Origin: Bacteroidota bacterium
GTDB taxonomy: Bacteria > Bacteroidota > Rhodothermia > Rhodothermales > Bin80
NCBI GenBank assembly: GCA_028873925.1
Contig: JAPPNA010000070.1
Location: 13,821-77,820 of the forward strand
Reading direction: 5' to 3'
Length of the DNA stretch: 64,000 bases
Made by a program: the position numbers and the translations under genes. Within the stretch, counting starts at the first letter, position 1, and every line of letters begins with the position of its first letter. This document shows, piece after piece, positions 56,559-64,000 of the stretch. The notes beneath the pieces are model-generated. The model did no database searches. It was not told where the DNA came from and saw nothing but the letters and a program-made list of their open reading frames with translations.

Positions 56559-57489
56559 AAAGAGCCTGCTTCACATAGACCAGCGTCCGCTTGAGCCCCT
56601 CGCGCCGACTTATGGCGGGTTCCCAGTCCAGAAGCTGCTTGGCCAGCGTGGTGTCGGGCTGGCGATTCTTGGGATCATCCTCGGGGAGCGGGTGGCATTC
56701 AATCGTGCTGGCGCTGCCGGTGAGGGCAATGATTTCGCGTGCAAAGTCTATGATGGTGATTTCGTCACGACTGCCGATGTTTACCGGCTGAGTAACATCA
56801 CTCAACAGCAGGCGGACAATACCTTCCACGGTGTCATCAACGTACGCAAACGAGCGCGTCTGGCGGCCGCTGCCGTATACAGTGATCGGTTCATGGGTCA
56901 GTGCCTGGCGCATGAAGGTGGGCAGGGCGCGCCCATCCTCCATACGCATCCGGGGGCCGAAAGTATTGAATATGCGGGCAATGCGTGTTCGGACCCCATG
57001 GTAGCGGTGGTAGGCCATGGTCATGGCTTCCGCAAAGCGTTTGGCTTCATCATAGACACCCCTCAATCCGACCGGATTTACGTTGCCCCAATAGCGCTCA
57101 TTCTGGGGATGTTGGGTAGGGTCACCGTAGATTTCGCTGGTTGAGGCCAGCAGAATGCAGGCATCCTTGTGCTTGGTCAGTCCCAGTGCGACATGGGTAC
57201 CGAGGGCTCCGACCTTGAGAGTCTGAATCGGCAGTCGCAGATAATCAATCGGTGAAGCGGGGCTGGCAAAATGCAGCAGGTAGTCCAACGGTCCGTCAAT
57301 CGTAATGGGGCGTGTGATGTCGTGCTCTATAAGGGTAAATCGCGCATGTCCCAGCAGGTGGGCGATATTGTTTCGGGAACCAGTCAGAAAATTGTCAACG
57401 CAGATTACCTCATGCCCGTCCGCCACCAAGCGGTCACACAGGTGGGAACCCAGGAATCCGGCCCCACCGGTAATCAATGTTCGAGGCAT
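56545..57489 (-). CDS. UDP-glucuronate decarboxylase (UDP-xylose synthase)
   Basis: '[34 protein letters not shown]', '[10 protein letters not shown]' and 'YDEAKR'. Confidence 0.9.
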   Translation of the reverse strand: MPRTLITGGAGFLGSHLCDRLVADGHEVICVDNFLTGSRNNIAHLLGHARFTLIEHDITRPITIDGPLDYLLHFASPASPIDYLRLPIQTLKVGALGTHVALGLTKHKDACILLASTSEIYGDPTQHPQNERYWGNVNPVGLRGVYDEAKRFAEAMTMAYHRYHGVRTRIARIFNTFGPRMRMEDGRALPTFMRQALTHEPITVYGSGRQTRSFAYVDDTVEGIVRLLLSDVTQPVNIGSRDEITIIDFAREIIALTGSASTIECHPLPEDDPKNRQPDTTLAKQLLDWEPAISRREGLKRTLVYVKQALCAER

Positions 57490-57555
57490 GTACGGCCTTT
57501 CTCGGTGTACGCGGGGTAAGCTGGCCCAAATTACGGCTTTTTAACGCATCTGTAG

Positions 57556-58317
57556 TTACATGCCCCCCAGCGGCTTGAGTTTTTGGGGAGAGGTTTCCCG
57601 AATCAGGGCGCGTGCCAAAGCGCGGGCCGGATCAATGCACACGGTGCATGTTGCCGGCGGAACCGCCAGCGGCAGCTCCGTGCATCCGAGAATCACGGCA
57701 TCGGCCCCCCGATTCTGTACGTGAGTGATGGCCTGCCGTACCAGGGATATTGCCTTTTCGGTGCAGGGATTGCTGATGGCTTTGATGCCGAATATCGGGT
57801 CATAAATGGCGCGGTGTACGACCTCTTCCGCGACGGAATCCGCGGGCAGGATGGCTTCCAGCCCCGCCGCCTCAACAGCGTGCTGATAGAGACCATGCTG
57901 ATGTACGCTGTAGGTGGACAGACATCCAATCCGACACGCATCCGGCCGGGTTTCGCTGATAAAGCGAACGGTTTCACCGATCAGGTGCAGGATTCGGATG
58001 CTGCGCCCGCGCAGCTTTTGCTGCACAAGATCAAAAATCACCGGCGCATGGGCGGAATTGCAGGCGATGCCGCCAACAGCAGCCCCCAGACGCTCCAGCT
58101 CCAGCGCTAATTCCGCAATGGCGTAACCGGGATTGATGTCGGTCTGGCCGAAGACAAAGCCGCTGCGGTCGGTGATGCGGTGTCCGTAGGACAGCAGCGC
58201 CACCGGCAGGTGCTCGCGGTCGGAAGCGGCTCGGGTTTCATCAAAAATTCTACTTACCAAGTCAAGCCCTGCGTACGGCCCCATGCCGCCCAAGACCCCA
58301 ATAATCGGAAAATCCAT
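57556..58317 (-). CDS. Aspartate/glutamate racemase family protein
   Basis: It has the motif 'IIGVLGGMGPYAGLDL' and both catalytic Cys motifs, 'IACNSAH' and 'ILGCTELPL'. Confidence 0.85.
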   Translation of the reverse strand: MDFPIIGVLGGMGPYAGLDLVSRIFDETRAASDREHLPVALLSYGHRITDRSGFVFGQTDINPGYAIAELALELERLGAAVGGIACNSAHAPVIFDLVQQKLRGRSIRILHLIGETVRFISETRPDACRIGCLSTYSVHQHGLYQHAVEAAGLEAILPADSVAEEVVHRAIYDPIFGIKAISNPCTEKAISLVRQAITHVQNRGADAVILGCTELPLAVPPATCTVCIDPARALARALIRETSPQKLKPLGGM

Positions 58318-58361
58318 AAGAAGTTAACAGACCCTGCTACGGCAATGAGTGTAGGTACACT

Positions 58362-58369
58362 TATATTTG
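58362..58369 (+). promoter_or_regulatory. Possible Bacteroidetes-type -7 box (TATATTTG) about 30 nt upstream of tRNA-Gln
   Basis: Exact match to TAnnTTTG. No TTG -33 element at the canonical spacing. Confidence 0.2.
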
Positions 58370-58399
58370 AGAGTCTTGAGCAGGTTTACGATTCATGAC

Positions 58400-58470
58400 T
58401 GCCCGGTCGTCTAATGGCAGGACAGCGGCCTTTGGAGCCGTCGGTGGAGGTTCGAGTCCTCCCCGGGCAA
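58400..58470 (+). tRNA. tRNA-Gln (anticodon UUG)
   Basis: Cloverleaf folded by hand. Acceptor TGCCCGG/CCGGGCA (U1-A72), D arm GTCT-AATGGCA-GGAC, anticodon arm GCGGC-CTTTGGA-GCCGT (anticodon TTG), T arm GGAGG-TTCGAGT-CCTCC, discriminator A. CCA is not encoded. Confidence 0.9.
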
Positions 58471-58477
58471 CTTTCGG

Positions 58478-59437
58478 ATGAATTCAGACAACTCCATGGC
58501 AGCCAAGGAATTACCCGTTGCGTTGTTCTCAGGAAGCAGTAATCTGCCGTTAGCAGGCCGAATTGCGCGGTCTTACGGGCAGGATCTGGGCCAGATTACC
58601 CGGGTCCGGTTCTCAGATGGCGAGATTTACGTGCGGTTTGAGGAGTCCATACGAGGGGTGGACGTGTTTCTGATCCAGAGCACCTATCCGAATGCGGACA
58701 GTTGGATGGAGCTGCTGCTGATGATAGATGCGGCAAAGCGCGCGTCAGCGGCGAGGATTACGGCCGTCATGCCCTACTTCGGCTATGCGCGCCAGGAGCG
58801 CAAGGATCAACCGCGTGTGCCGATTGCGGCGAAGCTGGTAGCGGACCTGCTGGGCACCGCCGGGATTGATCGCGTGCTGACAATGGACCTCCACGCCTCT
58901 CAGATCCAAGGGTTCTTTGATGTGCCGGTGGATCATTTGTACGCGTCGGGCGTTTTTGCGGGCTATTTTCACAAGCTCAATCTGACAAATCTGGTCGTGG
59001 TAGCCCCCGATGTGGGGGCGATCAAGATGGCGCGGGCCTACGCCAGCAGACTGTCAACGGATCTGGCGGTCATTGATAAGCGCCGGCCGGGCCCGAATCA
59101 GGCTGAAATTGTCAACATCATCGGAGAAGTAGAGGGCAGGAATGTGCTGCTGATTGACGATATCATTGATACGGCCGGGACGCTCACGAATGCAGCCAAC
59201 GCGCTCCGAGATGCCGGTGCTTGTGACATTATGGCGGCCTGTACGCATCCGCTGCTGTCCGGTCAGGCCTATGAACGGATTGAGGCTTCCGCGCTGAGCA
59301 GGATGGTGGTATCTGACAGTGTTCCCTTGCGGCGCAGGTCTGACAAGGTTGCCGTGGTTGGGGTGGCGGAGATGTTTGCCAACGCCATTCGTCAGATTGC
59401 CACGGATGCGTCTGTTTCCACATTATTTAAGCCGTAG
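58478..59437 (+). CDS. prs: Ribose-phosphate pyrophosphokinase
   Basis: 'FSDGEIYVRFEESIRG', 'ITAVMPYFGYARQERK' and 'VLLIDDIIDTAGT'. The start is 58478 or 58496. Confidence 0.95.
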   Translation: MNSDNSMAAKELPVALFSGSSNLPLAGRIARSYGQDLGQITRVRFSDGEIYVRFEESIRGVDVFLIQSTYPNADSWMELLLMIDAAKRASAARITAVMPYFGYARQERKDQPRVPIAAKLVADLLGTAGIDRVLTMDLHASQIQGFFDVPVDHLYASGVFAGYFHKLNLTNLVVVAPDVGAIKMARAYASRLSTDLAVIDKRRPGPNQAEIVNIIGEVEGRNVLLIDDIIDTAGTLTNAANALRDAGACDIMAACTHPLLSGQAYERIEASALSRMVVSDSVPLRRRSDKVAVVGVAEMFANAIRQIATDASVSTLFKP

Positions 59438-59441
59438 AATC

Positions 59442-60035
59442 ATGGATGTAATTTCGCTGCAAACCACTGCGCGCGCCTTGGGTAAGGGGGCGGCCCGGGC
59501 CGTACGTCGTCAGGGGCAGGTGCCCTGCATCCTGTACGGTCACAATGAGGTGTCGGTCCCCTTTGCCACCAGTGAGAAGGGTCTGCTGCCGCTGATTTAT
59601 ACCAATCGGACGCACCGTGTCCAGGTGGATGTGGACGGGCGCCGGTGGGAGTGCATTCTGAAGGAGGTGGCTTTTCATCCGGTCACCGACCGTCCGATTC
59701 ATGCGGATTTTCAGGTGCTGCACCCCAACAAACCCATAACGATATCGGTACCGGTTCGCTATGTGGGCACCTCCATTGGTCAGTCGCAGGGCGGTATTCC
59801 GCGATTTGTGCTCAATGAGTTGCCGGTGAACTGTATGCCGCGCCACATTCCGGCACAGATTGATGTGGATGTTACCCAAGTCGAAATCGGAAAGGCCATT
59901 CATGTGCGTGACCTGGAGCTGGACAATCTTGATATTCAGGCACCGGGTGATCAGATTCTGATGGCTGTGGCCCGATCGCGCATGACGCTGTTAGAGGAGG
60001 AGCAGGAGGAGGAAGAGGAGGAGGTTGAGGAATAA
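59442..60035 (+). CDS. rplY: 50S ribosomal protein L25 / general stress protein Ctc, with a poly-Glu C-terminal tail
   Basis: Started at ATG 59442. 'KGAARAVRRQGQVPCILYG', 'HPVTDRPIHADF'. The tail is 'EEEQEEEEEEVEE'. Confidence 0.9.
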   Translation: MDVISLQTTARALGKGAARAVRRQGQVPCILYGHNEVSVPFATSEKGLLPLIYTNRTHRVQVDVDGRRWECILKEVAFHPVTDRPIHADFQVLHPNKPITISVPVRYVGTSIGQSQGGIPRFVLNELPVNCMPRHIPAQIDVDVTQVEIGKAIHVRDLELDNLDIQAPGDQILMAVARSRMTLLEEEQEEEEEEVEE

Positions 60036-60046
60036 CATGACGCGCT

Positions 60047-60628
60047 ATGCCGACGCGAAGGCGGCTGATCGTGGGGCTGGGGAATCCGGGCGAATCCTAC
60101 GAGGCTACCCGACATAACGTAGGATTTGTGGTGATTGACAATCTGGCTGCCCAGTGCCGCGTGGAGATGAAATTGCGGGGACGTGCGCAGGCGCGTACAG
60201 GCAGGGGTAAATGGCGCGGGTATCCGCTTGTGCTGGCCCAGCCCCAGACTTGGATGAATCGCAGTGGGAAGGCTGTGGCGTACCTCAAGCGCAAATTCGG
60301 CCTCGCGGCAAGTGAAATTCTTGTGATTGTGGATGATATTTACCTGCCGTTGGGTATGTTGCGGCTGCGCGCGGCCGGCGGTGCCGGAGGACATAATGGA
60401 ATGCAGAGCATAATTGACGAAATCGGGACAGCTGGATTTCCACGCCTGCGCATTGGTGTGGGCGGTGATTTTGAACGCGGACGCCAGTCGGCGCATGTGC
60501 TGTCCGAATTCAGTCCTGAGGAAGCCGAACGGATCCAGCCCGCATTGAAGGAGGCCTGCAGCGCCATCAGGACGTATGTCACCAATGGCATGACCATGGC
60601 GATGAACAGGCATAACCGCCGCCGTTGA
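60047..60628 (+). CDS. pth: Peptidyl-tRNA hydrolase
   Basis: The canonical Pth motifs are 'LIVGLGNPGESYEATRHNVGF', 'PQTWMNRSG' and 'GGHNGMQSI'. Confidence 0.95.
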   Translation: MPTRRRLIVGLGNPGESYEATRHNVGFVVIDNLAAQCRVEMKLRGRAQARTGRGKWRGYPLVLAQPQTWMNRSGKAVAYLKRKFGLAASEILVIVDDIYLPLGMLRLRAAGGAGGHNGMQSIIDEIGTAGFPRLRIGVGGDFERGRQSAHVLSEFSPEEAERIQPALKEACSAIRTYVTNGMTMAMNRHNRRR

Positions 60629-60675
60629 TGGCCGTACCCGCCTTCCGCCCCTGTTTTTCTGACCCCTGATTTGAA

Positions 60676-62820
60676 ATGAACGCATTGTTGTTGACCGTTC
60701 TGATCTGCTGCTGCGGCTTGGTAGCGCTTTCATTCGCTTGGATGCGCACCCGCTGGGTGTCCGGTCTGGAGCCTGGCACGGACAGAATGGTGGAAATCGC
60801 GGACTACATTGCACGGGGTGCCCGTGCATTTTTGCGCCGTGAGTACAAGGTGCTGTCCGTATTTGTGCTTTGCGTAGCGGCTCTGCTGGCGGCTGCCAAC
60901 TGGACGCAGAACGGGGATGTGGAGAGTTCACCGTTGGTCGGGGTATCCTTTCTGGTCGGTGCGCTATGCAGTGGCGGGGCCGGATTCATAGGTATGAAAG
61001 TCGCCACGCGCGCCAATGTCCGCACCACGAATGCGGCCCGTACCGGGTTGGCACCTGCGCTGAATGTGGCTTTTTCGGGCGGTTTGGTGATGGGATTGAG
61101 CGTAGTGGGGCTGGGTGTGCTGGGTTTGGGAACACTGTTCCTGACGTATGACCATCTGTTTACCTCATGGAGCGCGGAACGCGTCGTCAATACGATTGCC
61201 GGGTTCTCACTGGGTGCTTCCTCCATTGCTCTGTTTGCACGGGTTGGCGGGGGTATTTACACCAAGGCGGCTGATGTGGGTGCAGACCTGGCGGGCAAGG
61301 TCTACGAGGGAATTCCGGAGGATGACCCACGTAACCCGGCTACGATTGCGGACAATGTGGGAGACAATGTGGGTGATGTAGCCGGTATGGGGGCGGATCT
61401 GTTTGAGAGCTTCGTCGGATCCATTATCGGCACCATGGTGCTGGGAACCGGGTTTATTGCCGCGTTTGCCGGGATGGATCTGCCGGCGGGGGCGATCAGT
61501 GCGGTACTGCTGCCGCTGGTGCTGGCCGGTGTCGGCATCCTGGTATCGGTAGGCGGATCGTATTTCGTGCGCGTGCGTGAAGGGGGCAACCCGCAGAAGG
61601 CCCTCAATACGGGCGAATTTGGTGCCAGCCTCATTATGGCAGGTCTGTCCTGGTTCATTATTGACTGGATGCTGCCAGGCAGCTGGGAGGCTGTAACTCC
61701 GATTGTCGGGGCGGCGGAATACACCTCGGCGGGGGTGTTTCTGGCGGTTCTGACAGGTCTGGTCGCGGGTGTTCTGATTGGGTTGGTGACGGAATATTAC
61801 ACGTCAACGTCCACCCGTCCGACGCTGGCGATTGCGGAGCAGAGTGTTACCGGGGCGGCCACCAACATTATATCCGGGTTGGGAGTCGGGATGTACTCCG
61901 CGGGATTCCCGGCGTTGATTCTGGCTCTGGCGATTATCGGCTCGTACCACTTTGCGGAGCTCTACGGCATTGCCATAGCGGCGGTCGGTATGCTGTCGGT
62001 CACCGGTATCCAACTGGCGGTGGACGCGTACGGTCCGATCAGCGACAACGCGGGCGGCATTGCTGAGATGGCCAAACTGCCCCCGGAGGTGCGCCAGCGG
62101 ACCGATAAGCTGGATGCGGTCGGCAATACGACCGCGGCCATTGGTAAGGGATTTGCCATTGGTTCGGCGGCACTCACGGCGCTGGCGCTGTTTGCGGCCT
62201 TTATGCAGCAGGCCGGATTGGAGAGTATTGATGTGGCGCAGCCGCGCATTCTGGCCGGACTGTTGTTGGGGGCCGTGCTGCCTTATGTCTTCAGTGCCAT
62301 GGCCATGTCTGCGGTCGGTCGGGCCTCGGCGGACATGATTCGGGAGGTCGGGCGCCAGTTTGCGGAAATTGCCGGCCTCCGTGAAGGCACAGCTAAGGCC
62401 GAATACGCTAAGTGTGTGGATATCTCCACGGCCGCGGCCATACGCGAGATGATTGCCCCCGGTCTGATGGCCATGCTGGTACCGGTTGCGATCGGGTTCA
62501 TTGATAAGAACATGCTGGGGGGTCTCCTGGTGGGGGTAACGGTTTCCGGCGTGTTATTCGCCATTTTTCAGTCCAATGCCGGCGGTGCCTGGGACAATGC
62601 GAAGAAGAGGATTGAAAGCGGACTGCAGCTGGATCGGCGCAAGTTCGGCGTACAGGCATCCGGCCAGTCCCATGAAATTGGCAAAGGATCCGAAGCGCAC
62701 AAGGCGGCTGTGGTCGGCGATACGGTGGGAGATCCGTTCAAAGACACTTCCGGGCCCAGCCTGAACATCCTTATTAAGCTGATCGCTGTGGTAGCACTGG
62801 TGATCGCGCCGCTGCTGTGA
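60676..62820 (+). CDS. hppA: Membrane-bound proton/sodium-translocating pyrophosphatase
   Basis: '[39 protein letters not shown]' and '[10 protein letters not shown]', 714 aa and polytopic. Confidence 0.95.
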   Translation: MNALLLTVLICCCGLVALSFAWMRTRWVSGLEPGTDRMVEIADYIARGARAFLRREYKVLSVFVLCVAALLAAANWTQNGDVESSPLVGVSFLVGALCSGGAGFIGMKVATRANVRTTNAARTGLAPALNVAFSGGLVMGLSVVGLGVLGLGTLFLTYDHLFTSWSAERVVNTIAGFSLGASSIALFARVGGGIYTKAADVGADLAGKVYEGIPEDDPRNPATIADNVGDNVGDVAGMGADLFESFVGSIIGTMVLGTGFIAAFAGMDLPAGAISAVLLPLVLAGVGILVSVGGSYFVRVREGGNPQKALNTGEFGASLIMAGLSWFIIDWMLPGSWEAVTPIVGAAEYTSAGVFLAVLTGLVAGVLIGLVTEYYTSTSTRPTLAIAEQSVTGAATNIISGLGVGMYSAGFPALILALAIIGSYHFAELYGIAIAAVGMLSVTGIQLAVDAYGPISDNAGGIAEMAKLPPEVRQRTDKLDAVGNTTAAIGKGFAIGSAALTALALFAAFMQQAGLESIDVAQPRILAGLLLGAVLPYVFSAMAMSAVGRASADMIREVGRQFAEIAGLREGTAKAEYAKCVDISTAAAIREMIAPGLMAMLVPVAIGFIDKNMLGGLLVGVTVSGVLFAIFQSNAGGAWDNAKKRIESGLQLDRRKFGVQASGQSHEIGKGSEAHKAAVVGDTVGDPFKDTSGPSLNILIKLIAVVALVIAPLL

Positions 62821-62872
62821 TAGGGATTCAGGGATTTCATAGTTTCCGTACATTCGACATCCCATAGCTGCC

Positions 62873-64000
62873 ATGGCCAGAGTTGAGGTTCCCATGCCCA
62901 AGATGGGCGAATCCATTACCGAGGGTACGGTCATTGTGTGGCATAAGCAGGTGGGGGATCGGGTTGAGCTGGACGAAACCCTGCTGGAAATCGGGACAGA
63001 CAAGGTGGACACCGAAGTGCCGGCGGTGGCTGCCGGCACGGTGGCGGAGATTCTGGCCCAGGAGGGGGATGTGGTTCCGGTCGGTACGGTGATTGCGGCA
63101 ATTGAGACGGAGGAACTCACCCCGCCTCAGCCTGCGTCCGTGGAAGCGGCCTCATCCCCGGCTGAGCGTCAGCCTGCGCCCGTGGAAGCGGCCTCATCAC
63201 CGGCAGAGCATCAGGATGTGCCGGTGGTTATGCCGAAGATGGGGGAGAGTATCACCGAGGGTACGGTCATTGCCTGGCACAAGAAGGTGGGGGATGCGGT
63301 TGAGCTGGACGAAACCATTGCGGAGATTGGTACTGATAAGGTGGACACCGAACTTCCCTCACCCGCGGCGGGTATTCTGAAGGCGATCCTGGTCGGCGAG
63401 GGAGACACAGTCGAAGTGGGTGCCCCGATTGCGCTGCTGTCGTCAAAAGCTGGCGTTTCCCAGCCGAGCCGTCCTGCCGCGCCTCACCCGCCGGATCCGA
63501 AGCCGGTGCCTCGGTCTGCGGAACCTTCGCCGCAGGAAGTGAGCCGTCATCTGCAGGATGGCCGATTCCTGAGTCCGCTGGTGCGCAGCATTGCCAAAGC
63601 AGAGGGTGTAGGGATGCAGGAATTGTCGGGCATCAGGGGATCGGGCCGTGAAGGTCGCATTACGAAGCAGGATCTGCTTGATCACATGGAGGCGAAGACT
63701 GCACCTCAAGCGCCGGCACCGGCCAGGGTGCAGCCGGCCAGACCGACTCCGATGGTCAAGGAAACTTCGGATCGCGTGGATATTGTTGAAATGGATCGTA
63801 TGCGCCAGCTCATTGCCGAGCACATGACGCATTCCAGGCGTACTGCAGCGCATGTGACCTCATTCGCGGAGATGGATGTGACGAATCTAATTCGCATTCG
63901 CAACTCCAATAAGGCTAAGTTCCACCAACAGAACGGCATTAAGCTGACGTACACGCCGTTTTTTGTTTACGCGGCGGTGCAGGCATTGCGGGATTATCCG
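62873..64000 (+). CDS. 2-oxo-acid dehydrogenase E2 (dihydrolipoamide acyltransferase) with two lipoyl domains; 3' end beyond the window
   Basis: I translated from the ATG at 62873; it is absent from the ORF track because there is no stop in the window. It has two '[37 protein letters not shown]' lipoyl domains, the E3-binding '[13 protein letters not shown]...[15 protein letters not shown]' and the start of the catalytic domain. The specific complex was not determined. Confidence 0.9.
   Translation, partial: MARVEVPMPKMGESITEGTVIVWHKQVGDRVELDETLLEIGTDKVDTEVPAVAAGTVAEILAQEGDVVPVGTVIAAIETEELTPPQPASVEAASSPAERQPAPVEAASSPAEHQDVPVVMPKMGESITEGTVIAWHKKVGDAVELDETIAEIGTDKVDTELPSPAAGILKAILVGEGDTVEVGAPIALLSSKAGVSQPSRPAAPHPPDPKPVPRSAEPSPQEVSRHLQDGRFLSPLVRSIAKAEGVGMQELSGIRGSGREGRITKQDLLDHMEAKTAPQAPAPARVQPARPTPMVKETSDRVDIVEMDRMRQLIAEHMTHSRRTAAHVTSFAEMDVTNLIRIRNSNKAKFHQQNGIKLTYTPFFVYAAVQALRDYP
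63128..63211 (+). repeat. In-frame 42-bp tandem duplication in the inter-lipoyl linker
   Basis: 63128-63169 ([14 protein letters not shown]) and 63170-63211 ([14 protein letters not shown]) differ at 4 of 42 nt. Confidence 0.85.

Noticed and set aside
59951-60931. A 326-aa ORF lies antisense to rplY, pth and hppA.
   Set aside because: It crosses three confidently identified genes on the other strand, and its Arg/Ser/Pro-rich composition marks it as a shadow ORF.
1-64000. I searched by eye for CRISPR arrays, rRNA, IS elements, integrases or recombinases, and prophage genes.
   Set aside because: I saw no regularly spaced short direct repeats; the only tandem repeats are in-frame coding repeats. 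No DDE, Tyr or Ser recombinase motifs were recognised in any ORF. A computational repeat or IS scan would be needed to be certain.

Overview
This is a 64-kb chromosomal segment from a high-GC bacterium. It is probably Bacteroidota/Rhodothermota-like; I infer this from several proteins ending in T9SS-type C-terminal sorting domains, a PorV/PorQ-like barrel and a carboxypeptidase-regulatory-domain TonB-dependent receptor. Most of the window is ordinary core metabolism. It holds a partial recQ, an AbgT transporter, acuI/yhdH, an M16 peptidase, a GMC oxidoreductase, a very large orphan histidine kinase, cysS, glpD and glpQ. It also holds a hexuronate set (uxaB, a KduI/IolB-like cupin, TRAP dctPQM, uxaC, uxaA), a nucleotide-sugar block (gmd, fcl, UDP-xylose synthase, RmlA/RmlC-like) and the cluster tRNA-Gln-prs-rplY-pth, followed by hppA and a two-lipoyl-domain E2 acyltransferase that runs off the right edge. 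Five accessory or unusual parts stand out. (1) At 5.2-9.3 kb there is a lower-GC cassette encoding an ABC-type ATPase translationally coupled to a small TOPRIM-like protein, a split OLD-like pair of the PARIS/AbiL type. It sits inside a diverged ~1.77-kb tandem duplication that also copied the 3' end of the neighbouring M16 peptidase gene. The two halves of the repeat have diverged very unequally, and both ATPase copies carry apparent lesions. (2) At 41.2-44.1 kb a lower-GC single-gene island encodes a 976-aa fusion of a nuclease-like domain, a gamma-class N6-methyltransferase and a TRD-like domain (Type IIG/IIL-like). (3) At 24-37 kb there is a T9SS cargo cluster: a TBDR-like barrel, a 1090-aa cargo, a PorV-like barrel, a triple lamin-tail-domain protein, a LamG-like cargo and a PPIase-like lipoprotein. 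(4) A Met/Asp/Glu-rich lipoprotein is followed by ~0.8 kb of GC-rich DNA with no credible ORF. (5) A 1.2-kb lower-GC spacer with two small ORFs separates uxaC from uxaA. I found no CRISPR array, rRNA, integrase or transposase. All family assignments come from motif recognition by eye; no database search was run.
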